Below are positions 46,158 through 56,474 of a stretch of 64,000 bases of DNA, piece after piece. The stretch is taken from NCBI GenBank assembly GCA_038231275.1, contig JBBRLQ010000001.1:703307-767306 (forward strand). Direction: 5' to 3'. The notes under the pieces are model-generated. The model was not told the DNA's origin. It did no database searches and worked only from the letters and a program-made list of their open reading frames with translations. The stretch is from Polyangiales bacterium (GTDB lineage: Bacteria; Myxococcota_A; Polyangia; Polyangiales; Polyangiaceae). Positions within the stretch are counted from its first letter, which is position 1. The number at the start of each line of letters is the position of its first letter. A program made the position numbers and the translations under genes.

Positions 46158-47591
46158 TCAGCTCTTGCGGGTGGCGACGGCGATGGCTTGCACGTAGAGG
46201 TCCTTCGGGCCGAAGTAGTACGACGAGAGATCGAAGCCTCCCGCCTCGAGCAGCTCGCGTGCCTCCTTCGAGGAGTGCACGAGCGAATACTCCGGCGGGT
46301 GCAGGCGGACACCCTTGTGCATCACGTCGTTCAGAACGTAGTGCACCGAGTTCAGCACCATCACGCTCGTCGCGTATGCGTGCGGCCAGAAGATGACGTA
46401 CTTCCCCCCGGGCTTCAGGACGCGCCGGATCTCGGTGAACGCCTTGACCAGCTCGTCGTGGTGGAAATGCTCGACTACGCCGAGGTTGTACGCTCCATCG
46501 AACGTGCCGTCCGCGAAGGGGAGCTCGAAGATGCTGGCGTGGCGGACCTCGTGCGCGCGCGGGTTCTCCCGCTGGTAGATCTGCAAGGCCGAAGGCGAGA
46601 TGTCCGCGGCGGTGATCTTCAGGTGATCGTGCAGACCCACGTCGACCTGGCCGCTCCCGCACCCGGCGTGGAGGACGTTCGCGCCCTCACCGAACTCGCG
46701 CGTGAGCGTCGCCTCGAGGCGCCGGCGGATGACGGCGTTGCGGTAGACGGTCGCGATGATGTCGTACGCGGCAGCGGTCTTCTTCTGCTTCTTGTCCCAG
46801 TACTCGTTCCAGTTCTGGGGATCGACGAGGTCGGGGTCCAGGTTCGCCGCGCTCTTCGGGAGCCGAAACCGTGCGGGGTTGGTCTGCTGCGCGACGAAGA
46901 GGGAGCCCAACGTCTGCACGCTGCGCTGCACTTCGCCGAAGCTCATCTTCGAGCTTCCGTAGGTGCGCGCCGGCAGCGTGATCGGGACCTCGGCGATGCG
47001 GAAGCCGTTCTTGCTGAGGACGAGCAGGCTCTCGAAAAAAAACGCGTAGCCGCGCGACTGCACGAGATCGAATGCGGCGCGCGGGATCTTCTGGAGGTCG
47101 TAGACGCGGAACGCGCCGGTCGCATCCTCGGAGATGCCGAGCATCGTCTCGGTCAAGAGGTGTCCGAGCTTGGTCAGCGACTTGCGGAGGAGCGTCCACC
47201 CGGGGAGGCTTCCCTGCTCCAGGTAACGGGAGCCGACGACGACGGGCGCGCGCGCTCCCGCCTCGAGAAACGTCGGGATGAGCGATGGTGAGTGCGTGAA
47301 GTCACAGTCCATCGTGACGAGGCGCTCGTAGCCCTTGTCGTAGGCGTACGCGATCCCGTCGAGGTGAGCGCTTCCGATGCCCGACTTGCCGGCGCGGTGG
47401 ATGACGGAGACGCGCGAGCTCTTGGCGGCGAGATCGTCCAGGACTCGGCCGGTTCCGTCCGGCGAGTTGTCGTCCATGAAGACGAGATCCGCGTCGAGGC
47501 CGAGCGCGAGGATCTCTGCGCAGATCGGGCCGACGTTCTCGCGCTCGTCGTAGGTCGGGATGAAAATGAGGGTTTTGGGCACGGCGCTCAT
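46158..47591 (-). CDS. Polyprenol-phosphate-mannose synthase-like GT2 fused to a class I SAM methyltransferase
   Basis: IPTYDERENV, DDNSPDGT, MDCDFTH, GSRY, DATGAFR, GYAF; then LHAGCGSG, LPFADGTFD, GVVEHF, LKPGG. Confidence 0.9.
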   Translation of the reverse strand: MSAVPKTLIFIPTYDERENVGPICAEILALGLDADLVFMDDNSPDGTGRVLDDLAAKSSRVSVIHRAGKSGIGSAHLDGIAYAYDKGYERLVTMDCDFTHSPSLIPTFLEAGARAPVVVGSRYLEQGSLPGWTLLRKSLTKLGHLLTETMLGISEDATGAFRVYDLQKIPRAAFDLVQSRGYAFFFESLLVLSKNGFRIAEVPITLPARTYGSSKMSFGEVQRSVQTLGSLFVAQQTNPARFRLPKSAANLDPDLVDPQNWNEYWDKKQKKTAAAYDIIATVYRNAVIRRRLEATLTREFGEGANVLHAGCGSGQVDVGLHDHLKITAADISPSALQIYQRENPRAHEVRHASIFELPFADGTFDGAYNLGVVEHFHHDELVKAFTEIRRVLKPGGKYVIFWPHAYATSVMVLNSVHYVLNDVMHKGVRLHPPEYSLVHSSKEARELLEAGGFDLSSYYFGPKDLYVQAIAVATRKS

Positions 47592-47595
47592 GCTT

Positions 47596-48528
47596 CTAGT
47601 CGGACGCTTCGACCAGAACTCTTACCATTTGTTCGAAGCCGACCGAAGGCTTCCATCCCGTCGCCTCCCGGACCTTGCTCGCGTCGCCGATCAGCGTGAT
47701 TTTCTCGCCCTTTACGAGCTTCGGGTCTTCCGTCACGAACGCGCGCCAGTCGAGACCCAGGTGTCCGAACGCCGCGCGCGCGAAATCCTCCACGGTGTGA
47801 GGCTCGCCGGTCGCGATGATGTAATCGTCCGGCGTCGGATGCCGAACGATGCGGATCATCGCATCCACGTAGTCGGGAGCCCACCCCCAGTCGACGACGG
47901 CGTCAAGCGCGCCGAGGGTGAGTCGATGAGTCGCGTCCGCCGCCGCCGCGCGCGCGCCTCGCACGATGCGCTGCGGGACGAACTGCGGCCCGCGGCGCGG
48001 TGACTCGTGGTTGTAGAGGATGCCGACCGAGACATGCATCCTCGCGCGCTGGCGGTAGAGCGCGCAAGTGTGCGCGCCGGCGACCTTCGTGATCGCGTAC
48101 GGGTTGCGCGGCGAGAACGGCGTCGCCTCGCTCTGCACCTCGGTCGTCGCGCCGCCGAACATGTGCGATGACCCTGCATAGAAGACGCGGCACGTGGGCG
48201 CGTGCGCCTTGAGCGCGTCGAGCACGTGGACGAGGCCGATCACGTTCACCGCGAGGCACGCCTCGAGCTCGGTGCCGTCGTCGGGGCGCTGCTCCGCGGA
48301 GTGATGGTGCGCGGCGAGGTAGTAGAGCTCGTCGGGGAGCGCTGCTGCGACGAAGCGCGCGACGGCGTCGCGATCGCCGAGATCCACCGCGTCGGGCAGC
48401 GCGAGATCGACGCCGTGCGTCTCGACGAGCCCACGATCGAGCCCGATGACTGCGCGATCCTGCGCGAGTCGCTCGACGAGGTACGACCCGTCCTGGCCGC
48501 GGCACCCCACCACGACCGTGCGTTTCAT
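47596..48528 (-). CDS. GMD-like extended SDR (divergent GDP-sugar dehydratase/reductase)
   Basis: [40 protein letters not shown]. Confidence 0.85.
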   Translation of the reverse strand: MKRTVVVGCRGQDGSYLVERLAQDRAVIGLDRGLVETHGVDLALPDAVDLGDRDAVARFVAAALPDELYYLAAHHHSAEQRPDDGTELEACLAVNVIGLVHVLDALKAHAPTCRVFYAGSSHMFGGATTEVQSEATPFSPRNPYAITKVAGAHTCALYRQRARMHVSVGILYNHESPRRGPQFVPQRIVRGARAAAADATHRLTLGALDAVVDWGWAPDYVDAMIRIVRHPTPDDYIIATGEPHTVEDFARAAFGHLGLDWRAFVTEDPKLVKGEKITLIGDASKVREATGWKPSVGFEQMVRVLVEASD

Positions 48529-49799
48529 CCCGACCCGGGCGCGCCGACGAGCTCGATCTTGGGGAGCGGGAAGAGGAGCTTGGCCCCCTTGTCGAAGATC
48601 GGCGTCGCGCGCTTCAGGATGTTCGCGCGGAAGTGCCACGGCAGCACCAAGAACACGTCGGGGCCGCGCGACAGCGCCTCTTGCTCGGAGACGATGGGGA
48701 TCTCCGTCCCCGGCGTGAAGCAGCCGAACTTGTCTTCGTTCACTTCGGCGACGCAGCCGAGGAGGCGCGCGTCGATGCCGCAGAACTGGAGCATGACGTT
48801 GCCCTTCGTCGACGCGCCGTAGCCGAAGACCTTCTTGCCGTCCTTGGCGAGCTTCTCGAGGAGCGCGACGAGATCCGTTTTGTGCGCGCGGACGGCGGCG
48901 TCGAAGCGCGCGTAGGGGGCGAGCGTGTGGTAGCCCTCCGCGCGCTCCTTCGCGAGCATGTCGAGGGCGACCTTGGCGTGGTCCTTCGCGCTCGCGCTGG
49001 CCTTCTTGGCGGTGACCGCGAAGCTGCCGCCGTTAATGTCGTTGAGCGACACGTCGACGACGCGGAAGCCTGCTTTTTCGGCCATCCAGACGATTTGCTC
49101 GAGCGCGTAGTACTCGATGTGCTCGTGGCAGATCGTGTCGTACGACGTGGCCGCGAGCATCGACGGGAGGTAGCTCTGCTCGAAGTGCCACACGCCGTCG
49201 TCGGCGAGCGCAGCGTGCACCTGGCGCACGAAGTCGAGCGGGCGCTCGAGATCGTAGAACATCGAGATCGAGGTGATGATCTTCGCCTTCTGGCCGCCGC
49301 TCATCTTCAAGAACGCGTCGGCCGAGAAGAAGTCGGCGACGACCTTGATGTGGCTCTTGTAGTACTTGGCGAATTTCGACGCCGTCGGATCGATGCCGAT
49401 GAGCGTCGCGCTCTCCGGGTAGAAGCCGAGGGTGGTGCCGTCGTTGCTGCCGATGTCGAGGACGACGTCTCCCGCGCCGATCGGCGTGTCGGCGAGGAGC
49501 GACTTCACCTTGGCGCCGAGGTGCTCGACCATCGAGCGGTTCAGGCCCGAGCGGTAGCCGTAGTTGTCGCCGTACATTTCGGTCGGCTCGTAGGTGTGCC
49601 GGAGCTGCACGAGTCCGCACGGATCCTTGGCGGAGGTGCACTTGACGATCTCGAGCGGGCCGACCGTCACGTCGGCGCCGCGCGTCGCCGGGAAGACTCC
49701 GGTCAGCGCTTGACGCCCGAGGTCGACGACGCTCGTGAGCTCCGCGCCTCCGCAGATGCGGCACACCTTCGTCTCGCGAAACGGAACGGGACGGCTCAC
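48525..49799 (-). CDS. NDP-sugar C-methyltransferase (Zn-binding, TcaB9/EryBIII-like)
   Basis: [42 protein letters not shown]. Confidence 0.9.
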   Translation of the reverse strand: MSRPVPFRETKVCRICGGAELTSVVDLGRQALTGVFPATRGADVTVGPLEIVKCTSAKDPCGLVQLRHTYEPTEMYGDNYGYRSGLNRSMVEHLGAKVKSLLADTPIGAGDVVLDIGSNDGTTLGFYPESATLIGIDPTASKFAKYYKSHIKVVADFFSADAFLKMSGGQKAKIITSISMFYDLERPLDFVRQVHAALADDGVWHFEQSYLPSMLAATSYDTICHEHIEYYALEQIVWMAEKAGFRVVDVSLNDINGGSFAVTAKKASASAKDHAKVALDMLAKERAEGYHTLAPYARFDAAVRAHKTDLVALLEKLAKDGKKVFGYGASTKGNVMLQFCGIDARLLGCVAEVNEDKFGCFTPGTEIPIVSEQEALSRGPDVFLVLPWHFRANILKRATPIFDKGAKLLFPLPKIELVGAPGSG

Positions 49800-50803
49800 T
49801 GCTTGATTTCCCCTTCGTCGGGATGCCACTGGCCGCTCTTCAGCGACGCGATGTCTGCGTCGACCATGAGCTTCACGAGCTCCTCGTACCGTGTCGTCGG
49901 CTCCCATCCGAGGATGCGCTTGGCCTTGCTCGCGTCGCCGAGGAGCAGATCGACCTCGGTTGGACGGAAGTACTTCGGATCGACGACGACGTGCTGCTTC
50001 CAGTCGAGCCCGGCATGCCCGAACGCGACCTCGCAGAACTCACGGACGGTGTGCGTCTCGCCCGTCGCCACGACGTAGTCGTCGGGCGTGTCGACCTGGA
50101 GCATCTTCCACATCGCGACGACGTAGTCCTTGGCGAAGCCCCAGTCGCGCTTCGCGTCCAGGTTGCCGAGCGCGAGCTGCTTGGCGAACCCGAGCTTGAT
50201 CGCGGCGACGCCGCGGCTGATTTTGCGGGAGACGAAGTTCTCTCCCCGGCGCGGCGACTCGTGGTTGAAGAGGATGCCATTGCAGATGAACATGCCGTAC
50301 GCCTCGCGGTAGTTCACCGCGAGCCAGTGGGCGTAGACCTTCGCGGCCGCGTAGGGCGAGCGCGGGTAGAAGGGCGTCGTCTCGGTCTGCGGCGTCTCGC
50401 GCACCAAGCCGAACATCTCCGATGAGCCGGCCTGGTAGAAGCGCGGCTTCGCGCCGGCCTCGCGGATGCCTTCGAGGATGCGCAGCGTGCCGACGCCCGC
50501 CGTCTCCGCGGTGTACTCGGGGATGTCGAAGCTCACCTTGACGTGGCTCTGCGCGCCGAGGTTGTAGATCTCCTCGGGCTTCGTCTCTCGCAAGATGCGG
50601 TTGATCGACGACGCGTCGGTCAAATCTCCGTAGTGGAGAAAGATCGGCATGTGCTCGGCGCGCAGGTGGTCGATGCGCGCGCGGTTGAGCGAGCTCGAGC
50701 GACGGACGACGCCGTGGACCTCGTAGCCCTTCTCGAGGAGAAGCTCCGCAAGGTAGGAGCCGTCTTGGCCCGTGATGCCGGTGATGAGGGCCCGCTTTGC
50801 CAT
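49796..50803 (-). CDS. gmd: GDP-mannose (or GDP-heptose) 4,6-dehydratase
   Basis: [46 protein letters not shown]. Confidence 0.95.
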   Translation of the reverse strand: MAKRALITGITGQDGSYLAELLLEKGYEVHGVVRRSSSLNRARIDHLRAEHMPIFLHYGDLTDASSINRILRETKPEEIYNLGAQSHVKVSFDIPEYTAETAGVGTLRILEGIREAGAKPRFYQAGSSEMFGLVRETPQTETTPFYPRSPYAAAKVYAHWLAVNYREAYGMFICNGILFNHESPRRGENFVSRKISRGVAAIKLGFAKQLALGNLDAKRDWGFAKDYVVAMWKMLQVDTPDDYVVATGETHTVREFCEVAFGHAGLDWKQHVVVDPKYFRPTEVDLLLGDASKAKRILGWEPTTRYEELVKLMVDADIASLKSGQWHPDEGEIKQ

Positions 50804-50874
50804 CGCGAAGAGCGCGGACTGTAGGGCGAAAACCGGCGTCTCGCAAGCCGAGTCGGTGCTACGTTTCGGCCGAA

Positions 50875-51834
50875 ATGCGAGCATTCGTCATCGGCGGAGC
50901 GGGCTTCATCGGCAGCCACCTGGTCGACCTCCTCGTCGAGCGCGGGCCGGTGACGGTTTACGACAACATGACGGTCGGCAAGCGCGAGTTCATCGGCGGC
51001 CACCTCGACGCCGGCAAGGTCACGCTGGTGCAGAAGGACGCGCTCGATCTCGACGCGCTCGGCGCCGCGATGAAGGGGCACGACGTCGTCTTCCACCTCG
51101 CTGCGAACCCAGAGGCGCGCTGGGGCCTCGAGCGCACGCGCCTCGATCTCGAGCAAGGCACGATCGCGACGTACAACGCGCTCGAGGCCGCGCGCCTCGC
51201 CGGCATCACGAAGTTCGTCTTCGCGTCGAGCGGGACGGTGTACGGCAACCTCGCAACGGCGTGCAAAGAGGGCGATCTCGGGCATCTCCCGATTTCGTTG
51301 TATGGTGCAAGCAAGTTCGCCGGCGAATCCTTGCTGAGCGCGTACTGCGAGTGCTTCGGCTTCTCGGGATGGATCACGCGCTTCGGCAACGTCGTCGGCA
51401 AGCGCGGCACGCACGGCGCCATCCTCGACTTTTGCAAGAAGCTGAAGGCGCATCCCGAATACCTCGACGTGCTCGGCGACGGTCGGCAAGCGAAGCCCTA
51501 CCTGCACGTGACGGAGTGCGCGAAGGGCATCCTCTTCGTCTTCGACAACGCCAAGGGCGAGAAACCGAACGTCTACAACCTCGCGCCCGAGGGGTACACG
51601 TCGGTGAAGAAGATCGCCGAGTGGGTCGTGGCCGCGTCGCCGCACAAGGCCGCGCGTGTCGAGTTCGGCGCGGGCGCGCAGGGGTGGCCGGGCGATGTGC
51701 CGCTGTCGCTGCTCGACTCGGGGAAGTTGAACGCGCTCGGGTACAAGTTGGAGCGAAGCTCGGACGAGGCGGTGCAGCAGGCGATCCGCGAGGTGGCGAG
51801 CGAGGTGTTCGGCGCCGCGGCCTCGGGCGGGTGA
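50875..51834 (+). CDS. NAD-dependent sugar epimerase/dehydratase
   Basis: [34 protein letters not shown]. Confidence 0.9.
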   Translation: MRAFVIGGAGFIGSHLVDLLVERGPVTVYDNMTVGKREFIGGHLDAGKVTLVQKDALDLDALGAAMKGHDVVFHLAANPEARWGLERTRLDLEQGTIATYNALEAARLAGITKFVFASSGTVYGNLATACKEGDLGHLPISLYGASKFAGESLLSAYCECFGFSGWITRFGNVVGKRGTHGAILDFCKKLKAHPEYLDVLGDGRQAKPYLHVTECAKGILFVFDNAKGEKPNVYNLAPEGYTSVKKIAEWVVAASPHKAARVEFGAGAQGWPGDVPLSLLDSGKLNALGYKLERSSDEAVQQAIREVASEVFGAAASGG

Positions 51835-51898
51835 GGCTGCGAGGTTTGCGGTCAGCGTCGCGCCACTTCGCGCCACTGCCGGCACACGACCGGTCTGC

Positions 51899-51966
51899 CA
51901 TATGAGTCGGCGATCATATGAGTCGGCGATCATATGAGTCGGCGATCATATGAGTCGGCGATCATA
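51899..51966. repeat. Perfect 16-bp tandem repeat CATATGAGTCGGCGAT, 4.25 copies
   Basis: Seen directly; no spacers. Confidence 0.95.
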
Positions 51967-52049
51967 GTCTCCTCGATGATGCGTCTTCTCTGCGTTGCTC
52001 GTTGCCTGCCGGCGCTTGGCCCATCAAGATGTCTGCCGGGCTTTCTTCT

Positions 52050-52271
52050 ATGGCGGACGACGAGTGCTGGGCGATTCGTGCGCAGGCGGAGGAGCTGCGC
52101 TCGGAAGTGTCGATGCTTCGCGGCGTCGTCGCGGCGTTGCGCGCGCGCGCGTCCACGTCGTCCAATGGTGTCGCCCGTCCGGCCTGGCACCTCCATCTGG
52201 CCGCGTTCGGTCTTGGCGTGGCTCTGACGATGTTGGCCGCGCTGGCTTGTCGTGCGGTGCTGTGCCCGTGA
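52050..52271 (+). CDS. Small hypothetical protein (coiled coil + TM)
   Basis: AEELRSEVSMLRGVVAAL, then LAAFGLGVALTMLAAL. Confidence 0.4.
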   Translation: MADDECWAIRAQAEELRSEVSMLRGVVAALRARASTSSNGVARPAWHLHLAAFGLGVALTMLAALACRAVLCP

Positions 52272-52365
52272 GCGCCAAGCCGCTCGAGCGCCGGCCCAAC
52301 GGCGTGTTCGCGTCCCCCGTTCGGGCGACTTGTTTCGGCGCAGCACGTTGCTAAATTGGAATGCG

Positions 52366-53145
52366 ATGAACCCGTCCCGCGCGCTCGGTGCCGTCCTCTT
52401 GGCCGGCTGCGTTTCCACCAGCGCAACACCGACGGCGTCGTCGCTCGACGGCGGTCCTGGTGTCGATTCGTCCGTCCCGCACGACGCGTCGACGGGCGAC
52501 GTCGTTGTGGACGCGGTCGCCGACGTCGCCGCTGCGGATGTCGCCGATGTCGTCGACGCGGCGGCGGCGTGTCCGTTCCCGCTCGACAGCACCCTCGCTG
52601 CGACGATTCGCTTCAGCGCGGACAACGAGCGCCTCGTCTATCTGAACGGCGTCTTGGTCGAAGACAACTCGGCGCTCGGATGGCAGTCGGTGTCCTCGCT
52701 GCCGGTGAATCTTCATCGCAACCCGACGGTCGCGAACGTCATCGCCATTCGCGGCCGCAACACGTCGTCCCAACCCGGCGCCGATCGCGGGATCATCGTC
52801 GAGCTGTCCGGCGACCCCAGCGACGCGGGCGCAGGCGATGGCGGCACCGCCGTGCTGCTCGTGTCGGACGCGAAGTGGCGCGTCTCGAGCGCTGCGCAGG
52901 CAGACCTCGCGTGGACGGGCATCGCCTACGCCGACGCTTCGTGGGGTGCCGCCACCGATCAAGGCGGAAACGGCATCGCGCCGTGGGGCGCGCTCCTCGG
53001 GACGTCGACGGCGCCGCGCTGGCTCTGGTTTTACGACTCGGCCGCGACGAGCACGAAGCCGGACCTGGAAGACGCCTACTTCCGCCGCACGTTCTACCTG
53101 TCGATGGACGGGCAAGCCGTCGACGCGCCGGGCGCCTGCCCCTGA
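52366..53145 (+). CDS. Lipoprotein with galactose-binding/lectin-like beta-sandwich
   Basis: Lipobox LLAGC; ADNERLVYLNG, NVIAIRGRN, VSDAKWR, PWG, WLW, YFRRTF. Confidence 0.75.
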   Translation: MNPSRALGAVLLAGCVSTSATPTASSLDGGPGVDSSVPHDASTGDVVVDAVADVAAADVADVVDAAAACPFPLDSTLAATIRFSADNERLVYLNGVLVEDNSALGWQSVSSLPVNLHRNPTVANVIAIRGRNTSSQPGADRGIIVELSGDPSDAGAGDGGTAVLLVSDAKWRVSSAAQADLAWTGIAYADASWGAATDQGGNGIAPWGALLGTSTAPRWLWFYDSAATSTKPDLEDAYFRRTFYLSMDGQAVDAPGACP

Positions 53146-53161
53146 GCGGTGCGCGCGCGGC

Positions 53162-53935
53162 TCACTTCTTTGTCGCGATCACCACGTACCCCAGCGTCTC
53201 CGTCGGCACGTTCGCCGCGCGGTCGAGCACGCGCGCCATCGCGCCGATCCCGAACATCGCCGGCGCCACGAACGGGAGCGTCCAAAGCCGCGTCTTCCCC
53301 GCCTCGCTCTTCTCCTGACGCCCCGATCCCGCGTCCATCGCCGCCGCCCGCGCGCCCGCGACGTCGTACGCGAGGAACGTGTTCAGCTTGTGCCCGATGA
53401 GGCTCCACAAGCTCCCGCGCGCCGTCACCGTGCGCACGTCGTAGCCGACCTTCTCGCAGAGGAACCGCAGGCCGTGCGGCGTGAAGCGGAAGTAGTCGTG
53501 CGGCTCTTCGTGGAGCCGAAACGAGAACGGCGCCGTCAAGATGAGGAGGCCGCCCTTCTTCGACACGCGCGCCATCTCGCGCAGCAGCCCTTCGGGATCC
53601 GGCGTGTGCTCGAGCACCTGGAAGCTCACGACCGTGTCGAACGCGCCGTCCTCGAACGGCATGCGTTTGCCGTCGTAGTAGTGATCAGGGCCCTTGCCGT
53701 TCGTGGTCGTCGTCGACGCCGCGGTCTCCGCGAACGTGTCGCGGTACTCGACGCCCACGTACTCGGTCACGTGCGCGCGAAAAATTTCTTCGTACGGCTT
53801 CTCGCCGCAGCCGACGTCGAGCAGGCGTCCATGCGCCATCGGCGCCACCTCACGCAGGGCATCTCGGAGGAGCGCCGACTCGAGATCGACCCAGCCCGCC
53901 GCGGCGGTCTTCAGCCGGGCGAGGGTCGTGCTCAT
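53162..53935 (-). CDS. Class I SAM-dependent methyltransferase
   Basis: LLDVGCGEKPY, MPFEDGAFD, QVLEH, HEEPHDYFRFT. Confidence 0.9.
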   Translation of the reverse strand: MSTTLARLKTAAAGWVDLESALLRDALREVAPMAHGRLLDVGCGEKPYEEIFRAHVTEYVGVEYRDTFAETAASTTTTNGKGPDHYYDGKRMPFEDGAFDTVVSFQVLEHTPDPEGLLREMARVSKKGGLLILTAPFSFRLHEEPHDYFRFTPHGLRFLCEKVGYDVRTVTARGSLWSLIGHKLNTFLAYDVAGARAAAMDAGSGRQEKSEAGKTRLWTLPFVAPAMFGIGAMARVLDRAANVPTETLGYVVIATKK

Positions 53936-55041
53936 GCGTCGAGGTGCGTGTAGTGGTCGCGCCCGTGCACGCGCTCGCCTTGGCCTACGCATCCGGCGAG
54001 GCGGATGAACGTCCACACCGTGCCGCGCACCTTTGCGAGCTTCGACACGCCGAGGCGCTCGAGGTACTCGATCGGGAGCTCCACGACGTTGTAGTTGGAG
54101 CGCGCCGGCAGGACGAGCGTGTCGATCGGCAGCGCGTCGCCCTCGCCGCTGAAATCGAACGCGCGCGTCATCGACGATCGGTACGCGCGCATGCCGCTGT
54201 GCACGTCGGTCGTCGGCACGCCGTGCATCGCGTGGCACGTCGCCGCGAAGAAGCGGTTCGCGAGGAAATTCGGGACCGGCATGGTCTTCGGGTAGTGGTG
54301 CGTGCGCGACGCGTTGACGAGATCCGCGCCGTCCTCGAGCAGCGCGCGCAGGCGCGGGATCATGTGCGCGGGGTAGGTGCCGTCGCAGTCGAGGTAGATG
54401 AGCGCGTCGGTCTGCTTGGCCGCCGCGTACATGAGCGCCTCCATCGCGGGGCCGTGGCCGCGCGGCGGGAGCTGGCGGATGACCGTCGCCCCTTTGGCGC
54501 GCGCCATGTCCGGCGTGCGATCGCTGGAGCTGTCGACGACGAGGATCTGCGCGTCGGGCGCGTACTTCCGGATCTCGTCCATCATCGAGTCGACGCTCGG
54601 CTCCTCGTTCATCGAGAGCATGCCGACGGTGAGCGACAGCTTGCCCTTCTTGGGCGCGACGCGCGCGACGACCGCGAAGCCGCGCGTGGTCTCGTCGATG
54701 CGCATCACGTCGAGACCGGCGCCGCGTAGCACTCCCTCGGCGCGCGCGATCGCTCCGAAGTCGGGCACCGGCACGATCACGTGACCGCCATCCGACAGCT
54801 GGTCTTTGATCGCCGCAAACATCTGCGCCGAGTCGCCCTGGACGTTCCCGGCGATCGCGAGATCGAACTTCTTCCCCGCTGCGGCGCTTCGGATGCCGTC
54901 CGCGCCTTTCGCGGGATCCGCCAAGACGAGCTCCGCGCCGCGCTCGGTCGCCGATGAGCCGTACGCGCCGTCGCCGATCTCGAGAACGTTTCGCGGCCGC
55001 CCGAGCTTGATCGACTTCGGGCTGATCATGGAGAGGAGCAT
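53932..55041 (-). CDS. DPM/DPG-synthase-like GT2 with degenerate N-terminal methyltransferase-like domain
   Basis: N-terminal VLEIGDG..FDLAI..LSDGG; GT2 NEEPSV, VVDSSSDRT, YLDCDGTYP, DVHSGMRAY; start uncertain. Confidence 0.85.
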   Translation of the reverse strand: MLLSMISPKSIKLGRPRNVLEIGDGAYGSSATERGAELVLADPAKGADGIRSAAAGKKFDLAIAGNVQGDSAQMFAAIKDQLSDGGHVIVPVPDFGAIARAEGVLRGAGLDVMRIDETTRGFAVVARVAPKKGKLSLTVGMLSMNEEPSVDSMMDEIRKYAPDAQILVVDSSSDRTPDMARAKGATVIRQLPPRGHGPAMEALMYAAAKQTDALIYLDCDGTYPAHMIPRLRALLEDGADLVNASRTHHYPKTMPVPNFLANRFFAATCHAMHGVPTTDVHSGMRAYRSSMTRAFDFSGEGDALPIDTLVLPARSNYNVVELPIEYLERLGVSKLAKVRGTVWTFIRLAGCVGQGERVHGRDHYTHLDA

Positions 55042-55130
55042 GTCCGCGGGGATATACACCGTGACCTCGGGGTCGTCATTTCGTCATTTGCCTTGCCGGG
55101 CACGAGGCAGGGTGGAATATCAGCGTAGAA

Positions 55131-55775
55131 ATGAGCCAAAACCAGGGGACGGGGACGGGCACGGACCGCGACCACGCCTACGGGCAAGGGCACGAGCTCA
55201 CCTTCGCCGACAAATTCGGCAACTGGCTCTCCGCCGTGCAGATGCGCCGCGCCATCGGCCGCTTCGACGGGAAAGACGTCGCGAATTTCGGCTGCGGCTA
55301 CAACGCGACGTTCGAGCGCTCGATCAAGGACCAGGTCCGCTCGCTCACGCTCGTCGACATCGCGCTGGCCGACGACTTGAAGCGCGATCCGAAGATCCGC
55401 GCCGTCGAGGGCGTCTTGCCGGACGTCATCGAGCAGGTGGCGGACAAGAGCCTCGACATCGTCTTGTGCGTGAACGTGCTCGAGCACCTCTGGGAGCCGC
55501 GCCGCGCGCTCGAGGGCTTCCGCCGCGTTCTCCGTCCCGGTGGCCTGTGCTTTTTGAACGTCCCGTCGTGGAGCGGCAAGGTGGTGCTCGAGACGCTCGC
55601 CTTCCGCATGAACCTCGCGCCCAAGGCCGAGATGGACGACCACAAGGACTACTACGACCGCAAAGACCTCTGGCGCCTCGTCGTCGCGAGCGGCTTCAAG
55701 CCGAGCAACATCGTGTGCCGCCGCCACAAGTTCGGGCTGAACACGTTCGCGGTCTGCCGAAACGAGGCGACGTGA
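55131..55775 (+). CDS. Class I SAM-dependent methyltransferase
   Basis: NFGCG, VDI, NVLEHL, RVLRPGG. Confidence 0.88.
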   Translation: MSQNQGTGTGTDRDHAYGQGHELTFADKFGNWLSAVQMRRAIGRFDGKDVANFGCGYNATFERSIKDQVRSLTLVDIALADDLKRDPKIRAVEGVLPDVIEQVADKSLDIVLCVNVLEHLWEPRRALEGFRRVLRPGGLCFLNVPSWSGKVVLETLAFRMNLAPKAEMDDHKDYYDRKDLWRLVVASGFKPSNIVCRRHKFGLNTFAVCRNEAT

Positions 55776-55778
55776 GCG

Positions 55779-56438
55779 CTACTTCTTCTTGCCACGGTTG
55801 CGCCACGCGGAGTTGAACTCCTCGATCGTGGTCTCGGTGCGCGGGTTCCAGACCATCTTGCGCAGGATCGGCGGCGTGATCGTCGGGACGTGCGCGCCGC
55901 ACTCGAGGGCTTCGTTGACGTCCATGATGTGGCGCATCGAGCCGACGATGATCTTGGACGGAAGGTTCTCGCGATCGAGGACGTCGCGCGTCGCGGCGAT
56001 GACCGGCTTTACGTCGTAGCCCATGTCGCGCACGCGGCCGGAGAAGATGCTCACGTACGTCGCGCCGGCGAGCGCGGCCAGGTAGGCCTGGTTCATCGCC
56101 ATGAGGCACGTCACGTTCGTCTTCACGTTCTTCTTCGTGAGCTGGTGCACGACGCGGAGGCCGTGCTCGCTCATCGGCACCTTGATGCAGATGCGCGCCG
56201 GATCCCACGCGTGGTAGACGGCGGCCTCCTCGAGCATCTCCTTCTCGGTCTCGGTCGTCAGCTCGACCGACACGTCGCCCCAGCTGACCGCGATGATCTC
56301 TTTGATGCGCTCGCCGAGGTCCGCGTCGGGGGCCTCCTTCGCGATGATCAGCGGGTTCGTGGTGACGCCGGAGAGGACGCCCCAGCCGAAGAGATCCTTG
56401 ATTTCCTTGGGGTCCGAGCTGTCGATGAAGATGGCCAT
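55779..56438 (-). CDS. tal: Transaldolase (short TalC/FSA-fold, transaldolase-type residues)
   Basis: IFIDS, GVTTNP, VSVE, IKVP (Schiff-base Lys), NVT, YVSIFSGR. Confidence 0.9.
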   Translation of the reverse strand: MAIFIDSSDPKEIKDLFGWGVLSGVTTNPLIIAKEAPDADLGERIKEIIAVSWGDVSVELTTETEKEMLEEAAVYHAWDPARICIKVPMSEHGLRVVHQLTKKNVKTNVTCLMAMNQAYLAALAGATYVSIFSGRVRDMGYDVKPVIAATRDVLDRENLPSKIIVGSMRHIMDVNEALECGAHVPTITPPILRKMVWNPRTETTIEEFNSAWRNRGKKK

Positions 56439-56474
56439 TTCGCCCAGTGAATAGCACGGATCTCCGCGCGTTGC

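Noticed and set aside
51899-51966. Possible CRISPR array
   Set aside because: 16-bp units are contiguous with no spacers, and no cas genes are present
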